Under the pieces are notes generated by a model. The model made no database searches. It worked only from the letters and a program-made list of their open reading frames with translations, and was not told the DNA's origin. A stretch of 13,946 nucleotides of DNA from Sulfolobales archaeon (lineage in GTDB: Archaea; Thermoproteota; Thermoprotei_A; Sulfolobales; NBVN01): contig JAWBTQ010000016.1 of assembly GCA_038841535.1 (NCBI GenBank), forward strand, positions 1 to 13,946, written 5' to 3'. Each line of letters begins with the position of its first letter. The stretch's first letter is position 1. This document shows, one piece after another, positions 7,551 to 13,946 of this stretch. The position numbers were made by a program, and so were the translations under genes.

Positions 7551-8090
7551 CTACGCAGTGTACTTAGTGCCAAATTTGTTTAGGTAGGCTATCTCCTCTA
7601 GCGGTCTTCTCGGCCTAGGCTGCGGCTTTTCCGCCGGGTAGCCGAGTGCTACTATAGCTATGGGGACGTAGTTCTCGGGGAGGTCGAGAAGCTTTTGAAT
7701 ATCCTCAACGTTTCTTAGAGTCTGTAGCCAGACTGTACCTAAACCTAGAGCGTGTGCTGCGAACATAACGTACATAGTTGCGTTAGCGCAGTCGACTTGG
7801 TAGGAAACTGGGGAGAGGTTCTTATCGCAAGCTACGACTATTCCCATAGGTGCCCTAAGGAGTGGTGACGAACCTGAGTGTATGCTGGCTAGCTTATCCT
7901 TTAACTCCCTATCCTTTACTACTACGAAGGTCCAGGGCTGCCTGTTACCAGCACTTGGAGCAAACCTAGCTATATCGACTATCTTTAGCACTAAGTCGTC
8001 TGGTACTGGGTCCGGCTTAAACTGCCTTATGCTCCTCCTAGTGAGGAGAAACTCTATTATGTCTTCACTCCTGCAACTCAAGGTAATCAC
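7551..8090 (-). CDS. Nitroreductase family flavoprotein
   Basis: RRSIRQF, APSAGNRQPWTFVVV, AHALGLGTVW and ALGYP. Confidence 0.93.
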   Translation of the reverse strand: MITLSCRSEDIIEFLLTRRSIRQFKPDPVPDDLVLKIVDIARFAPSAGNRQPWTFVVVKDRELKDKLASIHSGSSPLLRAPMGIVVACDKNLSPVSYQVDCANATMYVMFAAHALGLGTVWLQTLRNVEDIQKLLDLPENYVPIAIVALGYPAEKPQPRPRRPLEEIAYLNKFGTKYTA

Positions 8091-8152
8091 AAACTAGTTT
8101 ACACAGGCAAGTATTTAAAGTTATTAAAGCCTATCTATGTATTGATGGAAAA
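8091..8152. promoter_or_regulatory. Compact divergent promoter pair (nitroreductase / DHS-like gene)
   Basis: Back-to-back TATA-like boxes: TTTAAATA on the minus strand at 8112-8119 and TTATTAAA on the plus strand at 8121-8128, each about 25 nt from its start codon. Confidence 0.55.
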
Positions 8153-9187
8153 ATGGAGGTCAACCCATACCTCAAAGATAAACTTGAGTCAGTAGACGTT
8201 AAGTCCAGGAAGCTAAGTGAACTCCTGCGGTCTATGTCGAAAACAGCCTATCAAGGTAGAAAGCTTGGAGAGACCTACGAAGTCTTGCTGAAGATGTTTG
8301 AAGACCCTAAAGTCACGGTTTTCATGGGGCTAGCTGGGTCTATGGCCCCGGGGGGTATGTGGAAGATAGTGAAGTGGTTTATCGATGAGGGCTTTGTGGA
8401 TGTCCTAGTGTCTACTGGAGCCAACATCTCCGAGGACATCGTCGAAGCTATGGGGTTCAGCTACTACAGAGGGTCTCCGTGCGTAGACGACTACGACCTC
8501 CTTAAGCACAAGATTGACCGATTCTACGATGTTTACGTCTCCGAACTCGACTACCGAGCTATGGAGAACTTGATCTTAGAGTTCATTAGGGCTTTACCTA
8601 GCGGTACTTACTCTACAGCCGAGTTTCTATACCTCTTCGGGAGGTTTCTCAGTGAGAGGGGGATAGACTCCATAGTTTCGTCTGCCTATAAGTGGGGTGT
8701 CCCAGTATTCTCTCCAGCACTCGTAGACTCAGGCTACGGTATAGCTGCCGTCCTTGCTTTAAGGGAGGGAAAGAGAGTCGTAATCGACATGGTAAAGGAT
8801 TTCGACCAGCTAGTTAAATTAGCCGAGCACTCCCAAGAGTCTGCTGTGGTATATATTGGAGGGGGTGTACCGAAAGACACAATAAACTTGGTTACAGTCG
8901 CTCAAACGTTGATTGCTGAGAAGTCGGGTAAGCACGACTACTACAAGCCACACAGGCTAGCTGTTCAAATAACTACGGACTTACCTCAGTGGGGAGGTCT
9001 CTCCGGTGCTACCCTCGAGGAAGCAGTGAGTTGGGGGAAGACATCTCCGTGGGGCTATAAAGCTACGGTACACGTTGATGCCACTATAGCTCTACCGATA
9101 ATAGCTAACGCACTCTCTGAAGAAGTCACTACTAAAAGACCTAGAAAGAAACTCATAGAGCTGATAATACCAGAGCTGGGTCGGTAA
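8153..9187 (+). CDS. Deoxyhypusine synthase family protein (DHS-like)
   Basis: VSTGAN, FSPALVDS, IGGGVPK, GGLSGATLEEAVSWGK (catalytic Lys at 9038-9040) and DATIALP. Confidence 0.92.
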   Translation: MEVNPYLKDKLESVDVKSRKLSELLRSMSKTAYQGRKLGETYEVLLKMFEDPKVTVFMGLAGSMAPGGMWKIVKWFIDEGFVDVLVSTGANISEDIVEAMGFSYYRGSPCVDDYDLLKHKIDRFYDVYVSELDYRAMENLILEFIRALPSGTYSTAEFLYLFGRFLSERGIDSIVSSAYKWGVPVFSPALVDSGYGIAAVLALREGKRVVIDMVKDFDQLVKLAEHSQESAVVYIGGGVPKDTINLVTVAQTLIAEKSGKHDYYKPHRLAVQITTDLPQWGGLSGATLEEAVSWGKTSPWGYKATVHVDATIALPIIANALSEEVTTKRPRKKLIELIIPELGR

Positions 9188-9479
9188 CTGAGCAGCAAGT
9201 GATATATAGTTTTTAAGTACTCACTATTGCGGGTTTAGCTCCTACATATGCCCATATAGGCCAATACCTCAACTACATTCCTGTGCGAGTAGGTCTTTAG
9301 TTAGGTCATCCCTTGAAAGCAACTGTGTTGGACATCGACACGCTTGCTTTAGCATGCCGACCGATCATCAGAGTCCATCAGTTAGTTGCGTACAGTGTTA
9401 ACAGATGTGGAAACGATAGGTGAAACCGCCTTAACAGCTCTAGCCGATGCCGGATGTTGGGAGAGGTTTATTAAGAGAT

Positions 9480-10643
9480 CTACGATGCCACGATAGATGC
9501 GACAATGTGGCCCATTATAGAGAGCACGATTACGTACTCTATGCCGAAGTATAGAGCCAAGAAACCGCCTACAATAGACCCTACAGCACTCCCCAGTTCT
9601 ACCGCCACTCCGTAGAGAAACGTTCTCCGGCCGGAGGCAGAAGTTATGTATGCGTTATAACTGGAGGTATTGAATACGTTGAATAGTATTGCCGTTGTGA
9701 GTAGGTAGGCTACGGCCTGCTCTACTCCAGCAATAAACGTAACTAGCGGGATTACGAGCGCCCTAGCTAGACCTGATAACAGGGTGGTGAGCCTACCTTT
9801 AGAAACTCTCGAAATAGCTACTAAAGCTAGTGCTGAAGCCAGAGAGGATATTCCATAGACCAGCAAGGTCTGTTCTCTACCTATGTAGTTAGAGATCAGC
9901 CTCGGGACTATGATGAACAGCGCATCAGAGCTAGTAACTAAAATAAAAGCTCCTAGTAGAGGCTTGTAGCTAGCGACCTCCTTTTCGACGCTCCACCTAA
10001 GCTCTAAGGCTCTCGAAGCAGTTAGACCCGTATCCACGACATCAGGGAGTATGGAGGTAAACTTCATGTATGTATGCACTCTATCTAACTGCTTAGCTAG
10101 TCTAAACAGAGATCTCTCTACGGAGAGGACGACCGGTGGTAGAGTTATTGCGTACACAGCCGACACCGACAGTGTGAGTAATAGCAGCGATGTAGGAGAT
10201 AGTAGCTCAAGGTAAACCAGTACGAGTAGTAGACCTCTCACTGAGAGGGTTACGTAGTTAAAGAAGTAGTTGTACTTCGACCAGGCCTCGTAGTTCACGT
10301 ACTCAAGTAATGTGACGTTAACAGCCGAGCGACCTAAAGACGCCGAGATCGAGTGTAGTAAGGAGTAACCCACTGCAACCTCTACAACCCCCCTAGAGTT
10401 TACAGTAGTGAGGATAGCTAGACAAAGCAAGGCGGATGAGGCTAGAGCAGCTGTTTTGTTAAGTCCCTCCTCTACGAACCTCCCGAAGAAGATGTTAGAA
10501 GCAACGAAGACGATGCTCCATAAGGAGCTAGCTAAACCTAGCGTGAGTGGGTCGGCCTTAAGGAACAGCGCTAGGTAAAGAAACAACCACGTATCTGTGA
10601 GAGACAGAAACGCAAGGTATATTGATGATGCCGCTAGCCACAC
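9480..10643 (-). CDS. Multi-pass membrane protein, probable divergent MFS transporter
   Basis: 387 aa with about 11-12 hydrophobic segments. There is a degenerate motif A (FFGRFVEEGLNK), a central hydrophilic loop and a C-terminal GSAVGSIVGG helix. Confidence 0.7.
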   Translation of the reverse strand: MWLAASSIYLAFLSLTDTWLFLYLALFLKADPLTLGLASSLWSIVFVASNIFFGRFVEEGLNKTAALASSALLCLAILTTVNSRGVVEVAVGYSLLHSISASLGRSAVNVTLLEYVNYEAWSKYNYFFNYVTLSVRGLLLVLVYLELLSPTSLLLLTLSVSAVYAITLPPVVLSVERSLFRLAKQLDRVHTYMKFTSILPDVVDTGLTASRALELRWSVEKEVASYKPLLGAFILVTSSDALFIIVPRLISNYIGREQTLLVYGISSLASALALVAISRVSKGRLTTLLSGLARALVIPLVTFIAGVEQAVAYLLTTAILFNVFNTSSYNAYITSASGRRTFLYGVAVELGSAVGSIVGGFLALYFGIEYVIVLSIMGHIVASIVAS

Positions 10644-10730
10644 TCGCGACCCTATCGAGCTCTTTCCTTTACTTCGAATTTAAGCTAGGAAGCACTTACC
10701 GCAGTATAAATAAGGTTCATACACTTAGGC
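10644..10730. promoter_or_regulatory. Divergent promoter region (MFS / PAP2)
   Basis: TATAAATA at 10705-10712 before the 10731 start, and TTAAAT on the minus strand near 10679-10683. Confidence 0.45.
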
Positions 10731-11627
10731 TTGGTGCGTGAGTTGAACTCTGCTCACGCGATTTCACGGTATCTGGGGCCTGCTTGCTACTCTATTGCCG
10801 CCGTTATCGCAGGGATACTGACTGCCGCAATACTACTCGACAGTGTACCTCTGTGGTCACTCCTCTCAGCACTCGGAGAAGAGTTTGCCTACATAGGGCT
10901 CACTCTAGTGCTAATGTATCTAGCCAGTCCTGAGTTAGGGATCACGGTACTAGTAGCTATACTTTTCACCGGCTCATTAAACGTATTCTTGAAGTACTTA
11001 CTCGATATTCCACGTCCTCCCCCAGAGCTGTGGAGGGCTCCAGCGTCGGGTCCGGGTCTACCGAGTGGGCACGCACAGGTCTCTACTACGTTTTGGTCTA
11101 GCGTGTCTATTGCTGTGAGGAGAAGGTGCGTTGTAGCTCTATCAGCAGTAACCGTGCTATCGATATCATCTTCAAGAATAGGTCTCAGAGTTCACGGCGT
11201 CTATGATGTACTGGCGGGTGTGGCAGTAGGACTCGCTGTTGGCTATGTATCTACGTTACTACATAAGCGTCTTGGAGTAGAGAGAGTGGCTCTATTACTA
11301 GCTCTTGCTAGTGCGGCACTATCCTATAGAAACATGGTCTTAAACTACGAGAGCAGTGTCTCAGCTTCTCTCTTAGGGCTTGGAGTAGGGATAACTTTGT
11401 CGACTCCCTTGCTAAAGAAGTCCATTCGGACTCTCAAGGTCCTCACTCAACTGGAAAAGTATTTATTACTGCTCCTCGTTATCGCTTTCTCAGTAGCAGT
11501 AACGGTTTTCACGAGAAACACCTCACTAGGGCTTAGGGTCGCAGCGCATACTGTAGTGGGCTTCCTCGTAGTTGCCAGCCCTATAATCAAGAGCGCGGTA
11601 AGGCAGTCCTACCGCACGGTAAGTTAG
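10731..11627 (+). CDS. PAP2 family integral membrane phosphatase
   Basis: All three PAP2 motifs are intact: KYLLDIPRP (KX6RP), PSGH and SRIGLRVHGVYD (SRX5HX3D). Many TM helices. Confidence 0.92.
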   Translation: MVRELNSAHAISRYLGPACYSIAAVIAGILTAAILLDSVPLWSLLSALGEEFAYIGLTLVLMYLASPELGITVLVAILFTGSLNVFLKYLLDIPRPPPELWRAPASGPGLPSGHAQVSTTFWSSVSIAVRRRCVVALSAVTVLSISSSRIGLRVHGVYDVLAGVAVGLAVGYVSTLLHKRLGVERVALLLALASAALSYRNMVLNYESSVSASLLGLGVGITLSTPLLKKSIRTLKVLTQLEKYLLLLLVIAFSVAVTVFTRNTSLGLRVAAHTVVGFLVVASPIIKSAVRQSYRTVS

Positions 11628-11660
11628 AGTAAGCTATTTAATCCGGCCGGGTCATACTTA

Positions 11661-12101
11661 GTGTGTGATGAGTATATGATAGTAAACACACGTGACTTAC
11701 CGGAGTATAGGGTGCCCAAGCCCTACGAGAGGTCGATGAGAGTAGTTCTCGACCCGAGATTGAGTAACTACGATAAAGCCACGGTCCTATCGGTTACGAT
11801 AGAACCTGGTAGTACTACGGGGCTTCACCAGCACACATCCGATGAGATAATATATGTGGTGTCTGGTAAAGGAACTTCCGTTCTAGTTGATGGAGATAAG
11901 ACCACGGAGTCTGAAGTGAGAGAAGGGTACTTAGTGCTCGCGAGAGCAGGAGTTAAGCACGAGATGAGGAATACGAGTAGTGAGCCACTCAAACTGCACT
12001 GCGTGTTCATTCCCCCACTCCCAGTAGAAGGTTACTTTGCAGAAGCACTTAAGGCAGCTACTAGTAGGAGTCAAGCTATCGCTCGGGAGAAAACCAGTTG
12101 A
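11661..12101 (+). CDS. Cupin domain protein
   Basis: GLHQHTSDEIIYVVSGKG and ARAGVKHEMRN give a 3-His/1-Glu site. The start may be ATG 11676. TATTTAAT at 11635-11642. Confidence 0.9.
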   Translation: MCDEYMIVNTRDLPEYRVPKPYERSMRVVLDPRLSNYDKATVLSVTIEPGSTTGLHQHTSDEIIYVVSGKGTSVLVDGDKTTESEVREGYLVLARAGVKHEMRNTSSEPLKLHCVFIPPLPVEGYFAEALKAATSRSQAIAREKTS

Positions 12102-12177
12102 TTCCTAGTCAGTCGAGTCAACGCCGAGAACTACGGTGGTGAACTAAGTAACTAGTTGGTTTACTGAGTCTACTTCA

Positions 12178-12438
12178 TTACTCTTTACGCAAAACTATCC
12201 TTAAGTACTGGTAATTCTCGAGGAATTCTATGCCCGTCAAGCGAGAAATCTCCGTGCTTAGTTCCGTCACTATTACCTCACCCCACTTGGTTAGCTTCTC
12301 CGCTATGTTGGCAGGTATTTCGCTTAAACTATAGACACCTCTAGATACGCACCTAGAAACCACAGCGTACACGTGTCTATACGTCGAGAGCTCAGGTATG
12401 TCGGCACTACACACATACACTTCAGCTCTCAGAAGCAA
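12178..12438 (-). CDS. Hypothetical protein, last gene of the hydrogenase operon
   Basis: 86-aa ORF overlapping the end of the small-subunit gene, with GAGGTGA directly upstream. No recognisable motif. Confidence 0.65.
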   Translation of the reverse strand: MLLRAEVYVCSADIPELSTYRHVYAVVSRCVSRGVYSLSEIPANIAEKLTKWGEVIVTELSTEISRLTGIEFLENYQYLRIVLRKE

Positions 12439-12931
12439 TCACCTCAGCCTTCTTCGACTTTTGCTCTACTAGCCCCAGAAGTAGAAGCATTCCGTATATT
12501 ATGGCCTCAGGTCTCACCGGGCATCCGGGTACGTAGACCACTCTATCTATTTCTACGCCGTTATCACGGAGTAGTTCCTCAAGCTTCTTAAACCCCCCTA
12601 GCGTTGAGTACGTGTCCCACCAGATACCTCCCCCAACACCGCACGATCCTAGGACTAGGATGAGCCTAGGTCTCGGCATGGCCTTAATGGTCTTTACGAC
12701 CTTCGGTAATGACTCCCTAGTTACGGGGCCCGTGAATAGGATGACGTCGGCATGCCTAGGGGAGCCAACCAGCTTTATCCCAAACCTCTCTACATCGAAG
12801 TAGGGAGTCAGAGCGTCTAGAACTTCTATGTCGCAAGCGTTGCAGGAGCCACTATTGAGGTGGTATACCCACACACTCCTCTTAATTGCTCTCAGAGCTT
12901 TAGCTATGTTAACACTACTCACTACCAGCAC
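12422..12931 (-). CDS. Group 4 [NiFe]-hydrogenase small subunit (HycG/HyfI/NuoB-like)
   Basis: SGSCNACDIE, SPRHAD, GSCGVGGG and PGCPVRPE. The start could be GTG 12922. Confidence 0.93.
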   Translation of the reverse strand: MLVVSSVNIAKALRAIKRSVWVYHLNSGSCNACDIEVLDALTPYFDVERFGIKLVGSPRHADVILFTGPVTRESLPKVVKTIKAMPRPRLILVLGSCGVGGGIWWDTYSTLGGFKKLEELLRDNGVEIDRVVYVPGCPVRPEAIIYGMLLLLGLVEQKSKKAEVIASES

Positions 12932-13430
12932 CCAATCTAAGCTTAGCTGCTTTTACGAGCTTCTCCCTCCTGCACTTCGGGCAAACCAGAGTATACTCTT
13001 CAGCTATAGGTGAAGACTTAACTACAGTCCTCAGTTCGGCTTCAGTCCATATGGGTGAACCACATATAGAGCAGCGAGTCAGTCTATGGATCACTCTTGA
13101 CTTAAGATCATCGAGTGAGGCTGAGGAAAGCTCGAACTCCTTAGTTACCTCTATAGCCCCAGCCGGACACACTTCGGCGCACATACCGCAGAAGATGCAC
13201 CTACCCACAAAGTACTCGAGTGTAACCTCCTTTCCAGCAGGCTTAAGGGTTAGAGCATTGGGTGGGCAGACCTTCACACACGCCCCACAGCCCCAACACT
13301 TCGATGGATCTATCTTCACCGCACCTCTAAACTCGGGAGTCAGTAGAGGTGGCTCGTAGGGGTACCTCCTAGTGACCCTCCCAGTCCTTAAGGCTATTTC
13401 GAGGATCTTAGCTATAGACATGTTGAACAC
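12915..13430 (-). CDS. 2x[4Fe-4S] subunit (HycF/HyfH/NuoI-like)
   Basis: CWGCGACVKVCP and CIFCGMCAEVCP, N-terminal TRRYP...FRG, and extra C-terminal CSIC...CPKC. Confidence 0.92.
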   Translation of the reverse strand: MFNMSIAKILEIALRTGRVTRRYPYEPPLLTPEFRGAVKIDPSKCWGCGACVKVCPPNALTLKPAGKEVTLEYFVGRCIFCGMCAEVCPAGAIEVTKEFELSSASLDDLKSRVIHRLTRCSICGSPIWTEAELRTVVKSSPIAEEYTLVCPKCRREKLVKAAKLRLGAGSE

Positions 13431-13431
13431 C

Positions 13432-13946
13432 CTACTTTAGTCGGATAACCCCCATCCTACCAGATTTCACGTCTAGGACGATAGCCCTATCTGTACAGGA
13501 GAAGCAGGGGTCTATACTAGCTATCGTAAGTGGTGCGTCAGCTAGAGGGTTTCCCCTCAGCATTGCTCTCAGCGCAGGTATGTTCTGATATGTTGGTGCT
13601 CGAACTCTCCACCTATACGGCCTGCCGACTCCGGTGATCACGAAGTGTACGTCCTCCCCCCTAGGTGCCTCGATGGCTGCCACAGCCCTCCTACCTGGAG
13701 GTATATCGTACTCTTCGACCATTATACTACCATCTGGAAGTACGTCAATGAGCTGCTTTATTATCTCGATGCTCTCAAAGACCTCGTCAACTCTAACAAG
13801 TAGTCTAGCTAGGTTGTCTCCCTCAGTATACAGTGGAACCTTAAACGACACCCTCCTATAGGCTAAGTACGGATAGTCTTTTCTCACGTCTCTGTAGAGT
13901 CCTGAAGCCCTAGCGACAGGACCTACGACACTGAGGGCTCTAGCTT
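13432..13946 (-). CDS. Group 4 [NiFe]-hydrogenase large subunit, C-terminal part (5' end outside the window)
   Basis: The frame is open to the window edge (ARALSVVGPVARASGLYRDVRKDYPY). Motifs EAPRGE, RVRAPTYQN and the L2 motif DPCFSCTDR, followed by a short tail. Confidence 0.93.
   Translation of the reverse strand, partial: ARALSVVGPVARASGLYRDVRKDYPYLAYRRVSFKVPLYTEGDNLARLLVRVDEVFESIEIIKQLIDVLPDGSIMVEEYDIPPGRRAVAAIEAPRGEDVHFVITGVGRPYRWRVRAPTYQNIPALRAMLRGNPLADAPLTIASIDPCFSCTDRAIVLDVKSGRMGVIRLK

Noticed and set aside
12373-13861. Five plus-strand ORFs of 61-102 aa
   Set aside because: Antisense to conserved hydrogenase operon genes.
13432-13946. Alternative call as NADH dehydrogenase NuoD or an MBX/MBS subunit
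   Set aside because: The intact DPCxxC Ni-Fe ligands and the C-terminal extension indicate a hydrogenase.

Overview
Gene-dense archaeal DNA, most consistent with a thermophilic crenarchaeon (Thermoproteota). Evidence: Alba, archaeal endonuclease IV, XPB, GGTGA/GAGGTG RBSs, TATA boxes about 25 nt before starts and many GTG/TTG starts. Left to right: (1) a pentose-bisphosphate locus with two tandem, overlapping eIF2B/ribose-1,5-bisphosphate isomerase (R15Pi) paralogs, then a PRPP-synthetase-fold gene; (2) endonuclease IV convergent with an XPB/Rad25 helicase, a small membrane-anchored protein, alba and a stand-alone hexulose-6-phosphate synthase; (3) a cysteine-free thioredoxin-like protein, a nitroreductase, a deoxyhypusine-synthase-family gene, an MFS-like transporter, a PAP2 phosphatase and a cupin; (4) the 3' end of a group 4 (formate-hydrogenlyase-like) [NiFe]-hydrogenase operon. 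I saw no tRNA, rRNA, CRISPR or IS elements. The best candidate for an undescribed system is locus 1: an intact R15Pi, a close paralog whose catalytic Asp is replaced by Glu (as in eIF2B-alpha), and an atypical 'GPDEESEQW'-type Prs that may work in ribose-1,5-bisphosphate metabolism. All calls come from motif recognition by eye; no searches were run.
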